A DNA stretch of 33,275 nt from Pyrinomonadaceae bacterium (GTDB taxonomy: Bacteria > Acidobacteriota > Blastocatellia > Pyrinomonadales > Pyrinomonadaceae): the NCBI GenBank assembly GCA_036554845.1, contig DATBMP010000339.1:1-33275 (forward strand). The letters run 5' to 3'. The position numbers and the translations under genes were made by a program. The notes under the pieces are model-generated. The model worked only from the letters and a program-made list of their open reading frames with translations. It was not told the DNA's origin and searched no databases. Shown piece by piece: positions 8,595 through 18,528 of the stretch (the first letter of the stretch is position 1; each line of letters starts with the position of its first letter).

Positions 8595-9971
8595 ATGCCA
8601 CGCATCCTCATCGCTGATGATCAAGCCGACGTGCTCGCCGCGCTGCGCCTCCTACTAAAAGGCGAACGTTACACGATTGAATCGGCATCCTCCCCCGCAG
8701 CCCTTCTCAAGATCGTTGACTCACAGGATCTGGATGTCGTTCTCATCGATCTCAACTACGCGCGTGACACAACTTCCGGAAGCGAAGGCCTGGATCTGCT
8801 GACCAAGATTCAATCGCGGGATCCCACCTTGCCAGTGGTTGTGATGACTGCATGGGGCAGTGTTGATCTCGCAGTCGAGGCAATGCGGCGTGGCGCCCGT
8901 GACTTCATCCAAAAGCCCTGGGACAACGCTCGCCTTCTGACAGTTCTGCGGACACAGGTCGAGTTGGCCCAGGCGATTCGTCGTGGCGAAAGACTTGAAG
9001 CCGAGAACATCGCCTTGCGCGACACCGCCGGCAGTGCTGGCGCGAAACCGGTGAGTTTGATTGCCGACTCGCAGGCGATGAAAAACATCGTCGCCATGCT
9101 TCATAGAATCGGGCCAGCTGATGCTAACGTTCTGATCACCGGCGAAAACGGAACTGGAAAAGAGGTTGTGGCCCGCGCGCTTCATGCACTTTCGTCTCGT
9201 GCATCACAACCAATGGTTTCGGTGAATGCAGGCGCGCTCTCGGCCGGTCTCTTTGAAAGCGAACTCTTTGGCCACGTGCGCGGTGCCTTCACCGATGCCA
9301 AGACCGATCGCGTGGGAAGATTTGAACTTGCAGACAATGGCACGTTATTTCTCGACGAGATCGCAAACGTACCACTCACTCTACAATCAAAACTGTTGCG
9401 TGTTTTAGAGACGGGCGAATTCGAACGAGTCGGATCTTCTCGCACTCACAAAGTGAACGCCCGAGTACTGTCTGCCACCAATGCCGACCTGCACGCGGAA
9501 GTTGCAGACGGAAAGTTTCGTCAGGATCTCCTCTTCCGTCTGAACACGGTCGAGATTCATATCCCACCACTCAGAGAGCGTCGCGAAGACATCGAGCCGC
9601 TGGCACGACACTTTCTATGGCAACATTGCGAACGTTATCGTCGAAATATCGACGGGTTCACCCCCGGCTCAGTCGAAGCGATGAAGGAGCACTCGTGGCC
9701 CGGTAATGTTCGTGAATTGGACCACGTCGTCGAGCGAGCGGTCTTGATGTCCTCCGGAGGAGTGATCACGGCGTTTGATCTGGCGCTGAAATCCGCGCGC
9801 GACTCTGGGTCGGCGGGGCGTATTGACGAGATGAGCCTGGAAGAAGTCGAACGACTCTTGATCAAGAAAGCTTTGGCGCGGTTTGGCGGCAATGCGAATC
9901 GAGCGGCAGAAGCGCTCGGATTAAGCCGCAGCGCACTGTACCGGCGGCTGCAGAAGTATGGGTTATCATAG
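8595..9971 (+). CDS. Sigma-54-dependent response regulator (NtrC family: receiver + AAA+ + Fis-type HTH)
   Basis: The receiver domain shows ILIADDQ...LIDLNY...KPW. The Walker A motif is GENGTGKE. A GAFTGA-like sigma-54 contact loop reads GAFTDA, and ESELFGH is present. The C-terminal HTH is NRAAEALGLSRSALYRRLQKYGL. Confidence 0.9.
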   Translation: MPRILIADDQADVLAALRLLLKGERYTIESASSPAALLKIVDSQDLDVVLIDLNYARDTTSGSEGLDLLTKIQSRDPTLPVVVMTAWGSVDLAVEAMRRGARDFIQKPWDNARLLTVLRTQVELAQAIRRGERLEAENIALRDTAGSAGAKPVSLIADSQAMKNIVAMLHRIGPADANVLITGENGTGKEVVARALHALSSRASQPMVSVNAGALSAGLFESELFGHVRGAFTDAKTDRVGRFELADNGTLFLDEIANVPLTLQSKLLRVLETGEFERVGSSRTHKVNARVLSATNADLHAEVADGKFRQDLLFRLNTVEIHIPPLRERREDIEPLARHFLWQHCERYRRNIDGFTPGSVEAMKEHSWPGNVRELDHVVERAVLMSSGGVITAFDLALKSARDSGSAGRIDEMSLEEVERLLIKKALARFGGNANRAAEALGLSRSALYRRLQKYGLS

Positions 9972-11373
9972 CGCCGTGAGCGCTAGCGGCCCTCCCAGAA
10001 AGTCTCTTTCCCCAATCACCACGCTCGATCCTGATCTGAAACGTGGCGCGCGTCTGGGTTTTGAGCAACGCATCACGTTCCTCGCTTTGTTTGCCGGCCT
10101 GCCCGCAGTCCTCCTTTGCATCTTGCTGCTCTACCTCGGTGGTTATTCAGCACGCGTTCAATGGACCATCGATCTGATTCTGGTCGTAGTTTGGTTGAGC
10201 GTTGTCTTTAACCTCAAACAGCGCGTCATACGTCCGCTGCAAACACTCTCGAACATCCTGGCTGCGTTGCACGAGGGCGACTATTCGATTCGTGCTCGTC
10301 GCGCCACGAGCGGTGATGCACTTGGCGAAGTGTTGCTGGAAGCGAACGAGTTGGGCCAGACATTGCGCGACCAGCGTCTCGGGGCGATGGAGGCGACCAC
10401 TCTCCTGCGCACAGTGATGTCGGAGATTGAAGTTGCTGTGTTTGCTTTTGATGGAGAACAACGATTGAGACTTGTGAATCGTGCCGGAGAGAAACTCCTG
10501 GCCCAACCGGCGGCGCGTTTGCTGGGGCGCAAAGGAGAGGAGCTTGGACTCGCTGCTTGTCTCAGACCTGAAGCGCCGGACGATGGTCACACGATGCAGT
10601 TGGTTTTTCCGGGCGGCGTCGGACGATGGGGTGTTCGACGTAGCAACTTTCGCGAAAGTGGGGTGCAGCACCAGTTGCTGGTCCTCACCGATCTGAGTCA
10701 AACCCTCAGGGAAGAGGAGCGAATTGCCTGGCAACGGCTGTTGCGTGTGTTGGGACATGAGTTGAACAACTCACTGGCGCCAATCAAGTCAGTGGCCGGC
10801 AGCTTGAGTGATCTCGTGGCCCATGATGAGCCGCCGGCCGATTGGCGCGAGGATATGCAACGCGGGCTGCAAGTTATTTCGTCACGCGCTGATTCGTTGG
10901 CGCGATTCATCGAGTCGTATTCGAAACTGGCCCGGTTGCCACAACCGCGATTTGAACTTCTGAATGTTGGCGAACTTGTACGTCGTGTGGCGACTCTTGA
11001 AACCAGGTTGCCATTGAGCGTGATGGAAGGACCGGAAGTTGTGATTCGTGCGGACAGCGCGCAACTGGAGCAGCTTCTGATTAATCTCGTGCGCAACGCG
11101 GTGGACGCTTCGATGGAGACGGGTGGACGAGTCACGATCTCGTGGACGGGAGAGAAGAAACAGATCGCCGTGTGCGTAACTGACGAAGGACCAGGATTGG
11201 CAAGCATGGCAAATCTCTTCGTGCCGTTCTTTACGACGAAGGCGGAAGGTTCGGGAATCGGGCTGGTCCTATCGCGGCAGATTGCCGAAGCGCACGGCGG
11301 AACCTTGACGCTGAATAATCGGACGACTGGCCCAGGTTGCGAAGCACGCTTACAGCTGCCGTTGAATAGTTGA
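9958..11373 (+). CDS. Sensor histidine kinase (2 TM, HAMP, PAS-like, HisKA, HATPase_c), NtrY-like architecture
   Basis: It overlaps the regulator stop by 14 nt. Two hydrophobic helices are followed by a HAMP-like segment. The H-box is LGHELNNSLAPI. N/G boxes are LINLVRNAVDA and DEGPGL...GSGIGLVLSRQIAEAHGG. Confidence 0.85.
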   Translation: MGYHSAVSASGPPRKSLSPITTLDPDLKRGARLGFEQRITFLALFAGLPAVLLCILLLYLGGYSARVQWTIDLILVVVWLSVVFNLKQRVIRPLQTLSNILAALHEGDYSIRARRATSGDALGEVLLEANELGQTLRDQRLGAMEATTLLRTVMSEIEVAVFAFDGEQRLRLVNRAGEKLLAQPAARLLGRKGEELGLAACLRPEAPDDGHTMQLVFPGGVGRWGVRRSNFRESGVQHQLLVLTDLSQTLREEERIAWQRLLRVLGHELNNSLAPIKSVAGSLSDLVAHDEPPADWREDMQRGLQVISSRADSLARFIESYSKLARLPQPRFELLNVGELVRRVATLETRLPLSVMEGPEVVIRADSAQLEQLLINLVRNAVDASMETGGRVTISWTGEKKQIAVCVTDEGPGLASMANLFVPFFTTKAEGSGIGLVLSRQIAEAHGGTLTLNNRTTGPGCEARLQLPLNS

Positions 11374-11456
11374 GCTCCAAAACTCGCCATAGCATCTCCA
11401 AACCGTTTCGATTACTCTTAAACGGCTGGTTCAGTTGTGAAGGAGGGAATAGATTG

Positions 11457-12299
11457 ATGCCTGTCAAATGGCTAATCATCGTGATGGTTCTCGCCCTCAC
11501 ACCAATCTCTGTCTACGCGCAATCCTCGCCAACCAACTCTCAACTGTCAGGGACGGAGTGGCGCCTTGCCTCCTTTGGTCCACTGGGCCGAGAGACTGAC
11601 GTGGTCCAGGGAACCACCATCACTCTAAACTTCAGTCCCGATGGCAGCGCCAGCGGATCTACTGGCTGCAATTCCTATCGCGGAACGGTCCGTGTGCAAG
11701 GCAGTGGCATCGCGTTTTCCCGAATGGTTAGCACACGTCGCGCCTGCATCGACCCGCGCGCGAATCAACAAGAACAGCGCTATCTCACAACTCTTGAATC
11801 TGCGAATCGGTTTCGACTGTCAGGCGATCGCCTAACGCTGTACGCCAACCGTGGTCGCGACTTGCTGAACTTCGCACGTGATACACCCGCATCCGAAGCA
11901 GAACGCTTTGAAGATCAGTCGAATCCCGTGGGCTTGTTGGCGAGCTTCTACAACGCGATTAACACTAGAGACTATCAACGAGCCTATCGTTATTTTGAAA
12001 CGCCGCCCGGACGGTTGGAGGACTTCACCCGCGGCTACGCGAATACCGAGAACGTAACGCTACTGGTAGAACCGCCAACCAGAATCGAAGGAGCTGCGGG
12101 AAGTTTGTACGCCGAAGTACCGACAATACTTATCGCTCACCAGCGGAATGGTCGTGAGCGGATCTTTGTTGGTTGTTACGTCGTGCGCAAATCGAATATC
12201 TCAGGTGGTCCATGGAAGATTTCGCGTTCAACGATCTCGACAGCGCCGAATATCACGAATGTCCCCGCCCTGTTCGCCCAGGCTTGTAGAGACCAATAA
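11457..12299 (+). CDS. META (HslJ-like) domain protein with signal peptide and an uncharacterised C-terminal domain
   Basis: AGGAGGG (11441-11447) precedes ATG 11457. The signal-like N-terminus is MPVKWLIIVMVLALTPISVYAQ. The META pattern is GTEWRLASF...ITLNFSPDGSASGSTGCNSYRGTV...RMVSTRRAC...QEQRYLTTLESANRFRLSGDRLTLY. The 11370 start in the ORF track overlaps the kinase gene end. Confidence 0.7.
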   Translation: MPVKWLIIVMVLALTPISVYAQSSPTNSQLSGTEWRLASFGPLGRETDVVQGTTITLNFSPDGSASGSTGCNSYRGTVRVQGSGIAFSRMVSTRRACIDPRANQQEQRYLTTLESANRFRLSGDRLTLYANRGRDLLNFARDTPASEAERFEDQSNPVGLLASFYNAINTRDYQRAYRYFETPPGRLEDFTRGYANTENVTLLVEPPTRIEGAAGSLYAEVPTILIAHQRNGRERIFVGCYVVRKSNISGGPWKISRSTISTAPNITNVPALFAQACRDQ

Positions 12300-12308
12300 A
12301 CAAGAATC

Positions 12309-13439
12309 ATGACAACCGAGATAGTTCACATTGCAGACAACCAGAGGGAATTGTCCGGCGGCAAGTTGAGGGTCGCCGTGCTTGGCGCAACCGGGATGGT
12401 GGGCCAGCAGTTAGTACGACTACTCGCTGATCATCCCTGGTTCGAGATCGCAGTCGTGGCGGCCTCTGCCAACTCGGCGGGACAAACTTATGCCGACGCC
12501 GTGCGTGGGCGTTGGGTCATGTCATCTGAGATTCCGACCTCGATTGGTCCCATGAAGGTGCGCAATGTTCAAGAGATTAAGGAGATTGCCGCAATTGCGG
12601 ACCTTGTCTTCTGCGCGGTCAATCTCGGTCGAGAAGCGGTGTTGAGATTGGAACACGACTTTGCAGCTGAAGGTGTTTGGGTGACATCAAACAACTCAGC
12701 CTACCGCCTGGATCCATTTGTGCCGATGGTGATCCCGGCAGTTAACCGAAGACACCTGGAGGTGATCGAGTTCCAGCGTAAAGCTCGTGGTTATGGCACG
12801 GGCGCAATCATGGTGAAGAGTAATTGCTCCATTCAGAGTTATGTGATCGGGTTAGAGCCGTTGCGCGCATTCGGCCTCGAGGACATTCGCGTTCACAGCG
12901 AGCAAGCGATTTCAGGCGCCGGCAAGACATTTCAAACTTTTCCGGAAATCGAAAGAAACCTTATCCCTCTGATCAATGGTGAGGAGAAGAAGTCTGAAGT
13001 CGAACCATTGAAGATTTGGGGGCAGGTTAGTGCTGATGGAATCGTGCCCGCGCGCAGTCCTAAAATAAGAGCGAAATGTGTGCGAGTGCCCGTGTTGCAC
13101 GGACACACAGCGTACGTGATCGCCCGGTTCAACTCGGCGCCTTCACCAGAAGAAATATTGGAGCGCTGGCAAAACTATGAAACGCTCAGTTTGCCTTCGG
13201 CGCCTCGCAAGCAGATCCACTACGTCTCAGATCCGGATCGTCCACAGCCGCTGTTGGATGTGATGACGGAAAATGGTATGGCCGTGACGGTGGGCCAACT
13301 TGATGTGGATCAAAAGGCTAACCTGGTGTCGTTCACAGCGCTGTCACATAACTTGATTCTCGGTGCGGCAGGTGGGGCGGTTTTAGCAACGGAAGCCGCG
13401 ATTTCCGATGGACTCGTGTTTCGACGAATAGCGCGTTAG
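12309..13439 (+). CDS. asd: Aspartate-semialdehyde dehydrogenase
   Basis: The N-terminal Rossmann motif is VAVLGATGMVGQQLVRLL. The active-site region reads SNCSIQ, followed by a downstream HGHT motif. Length is 376 aa. Neighbouring genes belong to the aspartate pathway. Confidence 0.85.
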   Translation: MTTEIVHIADNQRELSGGKLRVAVLGATGMVGQQLVRLLADHPWFEIAVVAASANSAGQTYADAVRGRWVMSSEIPTSIGPMKVRNVQEIKEIAAIADLVFCAVNLGREAVLRLEHDFAAEGVWVTSNNSAYRLDPFVPMVIPAVNRRHLEVIEFQRKARGYGTGAIMVKSNCSIQSYVIGLEPLRAFGLEDIRVHSEQAISGAGKTFQTFPEIERNLIPLINGEEKKSEVEPLKIWGQVSADGIVPARSPKIRAKCVRVPVLHGHTAYVIARFNSAPSPEEILERWQNYETLSLPSAPRKQIHYVSDPDRPQPLLDVMTENGMAVTVGQLDVDQKANLVSFTALSHNLILGAAGGAVLATEAAISDGLVFRRIAR

Positions 13440-13672
13440 CGACCTTTACGGGCTTTGAAAGTCTTTTGGGTACGGCTCTGCCGCACCCTTGCGGTAATCC
13501 TAAGGCTTACCGTTATCCCAACCTGAATATCAGGCTATGCCTAAACTGTTCCATTTTTGAGGCATAGCCTCGATCAAAATATGTGAAGGTTCGGTAAGCC
13601 GCAGGCTTACCGCAAGGGTGCGGCCCGAGCCGGAACTCAAAAAAGGACTTTTTGTGCAAAGCGACCTTTACG
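13438..13672. mobile_element. MITE-like nested-hairpin insertion (209-bp body, 13451-13659) flanked by a perfect 13-bp direct repeat AGCGACCTTTACG
   Basis: The direct repeats are at 13438-13450 (overlapping the asd TAG stop) and 13660-13672. Three nested inverted repeats lie inside. The outer pair is GGCTCTGCCGCACCCTTGCGGTAA (13474-13497) with TTACCGCAAGGGTGCGGCCCGAGCC (13607-13631). The middle pair is GGCTTACCG with CGGTAAGCC. The inner pair is AGGCTATGCCT (13532-13542) with AGGCATAGCCT (13560-13570). No ORF with coding character is present. Confidence 0.6.
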
Positions 13673-13699
13673 ACAATCAAAGAGGTAAACAGATTCCAA

Positions 13700-13753
13700 G
13701 AAGCCACGAGCCTGCCAGCGTGAGGTACCAACGGGGCAAGCCCGTGGCATATC
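13700..13753 (-). terminator. Hairpin at the 3' end of the lys operon, between convergent operons; contains one copy of a 26-nt repeat
   Basis: On the minus strand, 13 nt after the aminotransferase stop, the sequence reads ATGCCACGGGCTTGCCCCGTTGGTACCTCACGCTGGCAGGCTCGTGGCTTCTT. GCCACGGGCTTGCC pairs with GGCAGGCTCGTGGC in 12 of 14 positions. An inner CCACGGG/CCCGTTGG hairpin is also possible. The stem is followed by TTCTT. Confidence 0.45.
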
Positions 13754-13765
13754 CGATAACCTTCG

Positions 13766-14914
13766 TTAGCCTTGCCTCAATCGCGTCAACGCATTTCCAA
13801 TTCGCCGCACACCTTCAGTTAACACGTCCTTCTCCGCGCAGAAAGATACGCGCAGAAAGCCCTCACTCTCTTTGCCGAATGCCACACCGGGCACTGTGAT
13901 CACGCCTTCTTCAAGCAACACATCGGTCACTGTCTTCGAGTCACCATATTTCCCGACATTAACCATCGTGTAGAAGGCTCCGTCAGGTGACACAGCTTCC
14001 AACCCAAGCTCGTTTTCCATGAGCGAAAGCAGATGGTCCCGTCGCTCTCGAAAGATCTTTCTCATTCGAGCTCGATCCTCTTCTGCTTCGTTGGTCCATG
14101 CTGCTTGTAGTACGGCCTTCTGCGAGATCGCAGCAGCGCAGGTCGTAACATACCCGTGTAGAACAAGCGCGCTCTTGATGAAATCTTGATCACCCGCCAG
14201 CCAACCCAGGCGCCACCCAGTCATGCTCAACGACTTTGACACACCACTGATGACAATCGTTCTCGGATAGTAGTTCGAAATCGACTCTGGTTTGTCTGTA
14301 GTGAAATAGAGCTCGCGATAGATCTCATCACTGATCACAAATGCATTCACTTCTTTGAGTGCTGCAGCCATCTCTGCGAGTTGTTCGGGTTTCAGTGTGC
14401 GACCGGTGGGATTTGAGGGACTGATACAAACAACTACCTTCGTTTTCGGTGTCAAAGCACGGCGAAAATCGTCAGCATCAAATTCAAACCCGCGGGCCGC
14501 AGACAGTCGATAGAAGGTCGGTTTGCCGCCAGCCATCTGCACAATAGTTGGGTAGGCGACAAAGCCCGGATCCGGGAGCAGAACTTCATCACCTTCATCG
14601 ACGAGAGTCATTAACGCGAGGTACAGACCCTCTTGCGAGCCAGCGGTGACGATCACCTGGTCTGAATTTAAGTTCAGTTGCGGGTAGTCATTTACGATGC
14701 GTTCGCGTAAGGCAGGAAGACCGGCGTGGCTTGTGTAACCGTTCTGTTCTTCGATGATCACCTTCGCGGCGACGCGGCGAACAACATCTGGAGTTGCGAG
14801 GTCAGGTTCACCCAGTCCCAGGTTAATACTTCCCGGTCGTGCCCGGTCGAAGGTTTGACGAATTAAACTTTTCTCAATTCCGCGCAAGCGTCGTGCAGGT
14901 TGAAAGTCGCTCAC
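13766..14914 (-). CDS. Class I/II PLP-dependent aminotransferase; by operon context a probable N-succinyl-LL-diaminopimelate aminotransferase
   Basis: The PLP-lysine region is [16 protein letters not shown], typical of AspC-family enzymes. Length is 382 aa. The GTG start overlaps the dapD stop (GTGA). It is the last gene of the dap operon. Confidence 0.75.
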   Translation of the reverse strand: MSDFQPARRLRGIEKSLIRQTFDRARPGSINLGLGEPDLATPDVVRRVAAKVIIEEQNGYTSHAGLPALRERIVNDYPQLNLNSDQVIVTAGSQEGLYLALMTLVDEGDEVLLPDPGFVAYPTIVQMAGGKPTFYRLSAARGFEFDADDFRRALTPKTKVVVCISPSNPTGRTLKPEQLAEMAAALKEVNAFVISDEIYRELYFTTDKPESISNYYPRTIVISGVSKSLSMTGWRLGWLAGDQDFIKSALVLHGYVTTCAAAISQKAVLQAAWTNEAEEDRARMRKIFRERRDHLLSLMENELGLEAVSPDGAFYTMVNVGKYGDSKTVTDVLLEEGVITVPGVAFGKESEGFLRVSFCAEKDVLTEGVRRIGNALTRLRQG

Positions 14915-15744
14915 CGGAGGTAATCCTCCAGCAGCACCGAACGGTCGGTTTTATCGTCCCGATACTTGACGATAACGGGTGTGTAAAGAGACAAGCCCCA
15001 TTCATGACCAATCGCACTTTGAACCGCGCGACTGCCGGGAACAACGACGGCGCCGGAAGGGATCTCCAGTGGTCCATCTTCAGTGCGACGGTAACTCTTT
15101 CCATGGACCAGGTCATAAACTGGGGTGCCGCCGGTGAGGATTGTTCCAGGTGCAAGCACCGCCCCGCTTCTGACAATCGTCCCTTCGTAAACGCCACAAT
15201 TTCCGCCCACTAAAACATCGTCTTCAATCACCACAGGTAAAGCACCGACAGGTTCGAGCACCCCGCCGATCTGCGCTGCGGCCGAGAGGTGAACACGTTT
15301 TCCAATCTGAGCGCATGAACCAACAAGTGCATGAGAGTCGATCATGGTCCCTTCATCTACATAGGCACCGACGTTGACGTACATCGGCGGCATGCACACT
15401 ACTCCGGGCGCCACGAACGCACCATCGCGAATGCTGGAACCGCCGGGCACCACGCGCACTTTATGGTCCAGTGTCAATTCGCGAATCGGGTAAGTGTCTT
15501 TGTCGAAGAAGCGTAGAGTGCGATCTGCCGGCGACATGTCTGCGAGAGAACCGATGCGAAAGCCAAGCAATATTCCACGCTTGACCCATTGATTGGCTTT
15601 CCAGCGTCCGCTGTTATCTCGCTCAGCCGCACGAATCTCGCCGCGATTCAATGCCGTTTTGAGATCGGCAAAGACTTCGCGCGCGCGGGTGATGTCTAAC
15701 AGTTCCGCTGAAGTAAGAGCTTCGATATCTTCACGCAGCGACAT
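14911..15744 (-). CDS. dapD: 2,3,4,5-tetrahydropyridine-2,6-dicarboxylate N-succinyltransferase
   Basis: There is strong similarity by eye to DapD: [44 protein letters not shown]. Hexapeptide repeats are present. The C-terminus is [20 protein letters not shown]. It overlaps dapA by 14 nt. Confidence 0.88.
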   Translation of the reverse strand: MSLREDIEALTSAELLDITRAREVFADLKTALNRGEIRAAERDNSGRWKANQWVKRGILLGFRIGSLADMSPADRTLRFFDKDTYPIRELTLDHKVRVVPGGSSIRDGAFVAPGVVCMPPMYVNVGAYVDEGTMIDSHALVGSCAQIGKRVHLSAAAQIGGVLEPVGALPVVIEDDVLVGGNCGVYEGTIVRSGAVLAPGTILTGGTPVYDLVHGKSYRRTEDGPLEIPSGAVVVPGSRAVQSAIGHEWGLSLYTPVIVKYRDDKTDRSVLLEDYLR

Positions 15745-16654
15745 GAGTTGCTTCCTTCAACAAACCGAGTTTGAGCAGGACTTCTTTTAACCTGGTTCGT
15801 GTCGTGTCGGCCACTGAAACCAAGGGCAAACGATAGTTCTCTTCAATTAAGTTCATCATCGCCAGGGCGGCCTTGACTGGACCAGGACTCGACTCGATAA
15901 AGTTGGCTTCCATTAACGGCAACAGTTTGTAGTGTAGCGAACGTGCTTCATCCCATTCACCTGCCAATGCGAGATCGACCATTCGCGACATCAACGCAGG
16001 TGCCTCGTTCGAGGCAACCGAGATCAATCCTTCGGCGCCAAGCGCGATGAGCGGCAGTGTCAACGCATCATCGCCCGAAAGAACTCGGAAATTTAACGGC
16101 CGATTGCCAAGGATGTTCATGAACTGCGCAAAATCTCCCGAAGCTTCTTTTGTGGCTACGATGTTTGGCACCTCACGAGCAAGGCGAAGTGTCGTGGCCG
16201 CACTGATGTTTGAAGAAGTGCGACCCGGAACGTTGTAGATCACGATGGGAAGATCACTAATCGCTTCGGCGATTGCCCGGAAGTGCGCGAATAGACCTTC
16301 CTGCGTCGGTTTGTTGTAGTAAGGAGCGACCGAAAGTACAGCGTCTGCACCGAGGGCGCGAGCAGCAAGCGAGTATTCGATGGCTGCGCGAGTTGAATTG
16401 CTGCCGGTTCCGGCGATGACGCGTGCGCGGCCGGCAGCAGCTTCCACGGTTATACGAATGACGCGCTGGTCCTCTTCTTCGGACATCGTCGCGCTTTCGC
16501 CAGTTGTCCCACAAGGAACGAGCAGTTGCACGCCACCGCGAATTTGATACTCGATGAGTGCCCGTAAACGTGGTTCGTCTATCTCTCCGGTCTTGGTGAA
16601 GGGTGTAACCAGGGCCGTTGCGCACCCGCGCAGCCATTCAACATTCATCGTCAT
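15731..16654 (-). CDS. dapA: 4-hydroxy-tetrahydrodipicolinate synthase
   Basis: The N-terminal region [52 protein letters not shown] is typical of DapA. Length is 307 aa. RBS AAGGAGAAGG lies upstream. Confidence 0.9.
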   Translation of the reverse strand: MTMNVEWLRGCATALVTPFTKTGEIDEPRLRALIEYQIRGGVQLLVPCGTTGESATMSEEEDQRVIRITVEAAAGRARVIAGTGSNSTRAAIEYSLAARALGADAVLSVAPYYNKPTQEGLFAHFRAIAEAISDLPIVIYNVPGRTSSNISAATTLRLAREVPNIVATKEASGDFAQFMNILGNRPLNFRVLSGDDALTLPLIALGAEGLISVASNEAPALMSRMVDLALAGEWDEARSLHYKLLPLMEANFIESSPGPVKAALAMMNLIEENYRLPLVSVADTTRTRLKEVLLKLGLLKEATHVAA

Positions 16655-16789
16655 AACCTTCTCCTTTTGTTGACAGGATTTCGGGGGGTTGAAGCATTAA
16701 CAGGACAAGAGTTCTGATGGTCATCTATTGAGTCCTTTGATCTCCCGCGTCTCCTTAGTCTATTCACGTCAATTCTGAAGAACTTGTAA

Positions 16790-17494
16790 TCATTTAGCCT
16801 TCCCAGCTAACACTTCGTCGATCATCACTGAAAACTCGTAGATTCCTTTGCGTCCCACCAGCCAATGTGCCGCGACCAACGCGCCGGCCGCAAATCCTTC
16901 TCGGTTGCGCGCCACGTGTTTCAAAGTGATCTGGTCCGCAGCAGAATCAAAACCGACGACATGAGTCCCCGGAATGTACCCTGCGCGAGTGCTGGCAATC
17001 GGAACATCGAAGTTAAGTGGTCCAAGCAGGTCTCGCAGCAGTAACGCAGTTCCCGAAGGAGCATCACGTTTGCGCATGTGGTGCGCCTCTTCGATGAAAG
17101 GCGCGTATCCCTCGACATTGCGAAATAGTTCAGCTGCTCGGGAAACAATGCGATAGAAAACGTTCACACCGACTGAAAAGTTGGCTCCGTAAAGCAATGC
17201 ACCACCATGCTGGTCGACAATGCGGCGCACTTCGGGAACTGAACTGGTCCAACCCGTGGTTCCTTCGACCAGTGGCACTCCCGCAATAGCACACGCAGTT
17301 ACATTGCCAAGCACCGCACCAGCGACGGAAAAGTCGATTGCGGCGTCATGCCCGCGCAAGAGCTCCACCAGTTCTTCTCGGTCACGAGACTTGTCCCGAG
17401 AGGTCAGAACCAATCCGATATCGTCGTCCCTTTCTCGAGCTCTCGCAGCCACAAGCTTTCCCATTGAGCCTGCGCCGAACAAAGCAATTCTCAT
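16790..17494 (-). CDS. dapB: 4-hydroxy-tetrahydrodipicolinate reductase (short form)
   Basis: The DapB N-terminus MRIALFGAGSMGKLV begins at ATG 17494, which overlaps the upstream gene stop (ATGA). The catalytic region is IEEAHHMRKRDAPSGTAL. The longer 304-aa ORF in the track would overlap the M20 gene. Confidence 0.85.
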   Translation of the reverse strand: MRIALFGAGSMGKLVAARARERDDDIGLVLTSRDKSRDREELVELLRGHDAAIDFSVAGAVLGNVTACAIAGVPLVEGTTGWTSSVPEVRRIVDQHGGALLYGANFSVGVNVFYRIVSRAAELFRNVEGYAPFIEEAHHMRKRDAPSGTALLLRDLLGPLNFDVPIASTRAGYIPGTHVVGFDSAADQITLKHVARNREGFAAGALVAAHWLVGRKGIYEFSVMIDEVLAGKAK

Positions 17495-18528
17495 TTCGGA
17501 GTCACTCCTTCGGTCATCTCGCCAGTCTGAGTTTTCAACAAGGCTTTCACCAGTCCCACATAGTGGTCCACTGCTTCTGATAACGCTTGTTTCGACACAC
17601 GCTCGTGTGGGGTGTGCGCGTCCAAAATCGAACCTGGTCCCAGCAATAAAGGCGTGCCCCAGTTTGTCAGGTGCGGAATGTCGGTTGTGAATCTCACTAC
17701 ACACTTTTCAAAGCCGTCGAGGGCCAGCATTCGCACCGGCTCGCTTACCGACAAGTACTCGATTTGCGCGCGCGGTTGAACGATTGATTCGAGCAGTTGT
17801 TTCACCGGGCCCGACTGAGTTGTTAGACGAATCTGTAAATCAGCTTCAGCCGAAGCCGGTATGACATTGGCCCTCACTCCGCCACGCAGAATTCCGATGT
17901 TGCAGGTCGTCTCACCAAAGAACTCATCGGTCGGCCAGTTGACCTGACGAATGTCGTTCAACACATCCAGCAACTTATCAATCGCTGAATCGCCGTGTTC
18001 GGGATAAGCCGAATGCGCGGCCCGGCCATCTGCTTTAACTCGCAATCGGAGAGAACCTTTTGATCCGATAGCGAGTTTGTTATCAGTCGGCTCGCCATTA
18101 ATCAGAAACTCACAGGATTCGCCCACCGGATGTTCGTTGGCGAGACGAGCACCATCGCTGCCGGCCTCTTCATCAACTGTGAAAAGTAGACCGATCTGGT
18201 CCACGCCCTGACGACGAAGCTCTTCTGCCGCAACGATCTGCGCCGCGATGATTCCTTTGGCGTCGCAAGAGCCGCGTCCGTAAATGAAGTCATCGTCTTC
18301 GCTGGAATCAATGTGTGGAGGAACAGTATCCATGTGAGTTGAGAAGACCACTCGCGCCGCACTCCCGGTAGTTGCGATCAGGTTTGCGCGACCTGCTGTG
18401 AGTTCCTGGACCTCTACCTTGTAGCCCAGACGTTGCAGTTCAGAGTTTAGAAAGCGAGCAATTTCAAGTTCGGTACCTGTTAACGAAGGTATGTCGATCA
18501 AGTTCCTGGTCAGATCAAACAGATTCAT
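17491..18528 (-). CDS. M20 family metallohydrolase (ArgE/DapE); by context a probable succinyl-diaminopimelate desuccinylase
   Basis: M20 motifs are present: FSTHMDTVPP, GRGSCDAKG, FTVDEEAGSDG and HSAYPEHG. It is translationally coupled on both sides (ATGA overlaps with lysC and dapB). Confidence 0.75.
   Translation of the reverse strand: MNLFDLTRNLIDIPSLTGTELEIARFLNSELQRLGYKVEVQELTAGRANLIATTGSAARVVFSTHMDTVPPHIDSSEDDDFIYGRGSCDAKGIIAAQIVAAEELRRQGVDQIGLLFTVDEEAGSDGARLANEHPVGESCEFLINGEPTDNKLAIGSKGSLRLRVKADGRAAHSAYPEHGDSAIDKLLDVLNDIRQVNWPTDEFFGETTCNIGILRGGVRANVIPASAEADLQIRLTTQSGPVKQLLESIVQPRAQIEYLSVSEPVRMLALDGFEKCVVRFTTDIPHLTNWGTPLLLGPGSILDAHTPHERVSKQALSEAVDHYVGLVKALLKTQTGEMTEGVTPK

Noticed and set aside
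10698-11390. Long antisense ORFs inside well-supported genes, for example 10698..11390, 10147..10758, 6468..7058, 21349..21918, 23155..23760, 17220..17690, 22453..22947 and 30251..30802
   Set aside because: These are shadow ORFs typical of GC-rich coding regions. In each case the opposite strand encodes a protein with clear family motifs, and the shadow translations are Arg/Ser/Pro-rich with no recognisable domains.
13474-13631. Calling the long hairpin a 6S RNA gene outright
   Set aside because: Only the gross architecture is similar. I cannot verify the conserved 6S sequence and structure features by eye, and the flanking 13-bp direct repeat favours an insertion element. It is kept only as an alternative to test.
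13513-13899. ORFs 13513..13731 (minus strand) and 13618..13899 (plus strand)
   Set aside because: They lie inside the palindromic insertion and the terminator hairpin. The second overlaps the aminotransferase 3' end antisense. Neither has coding features.
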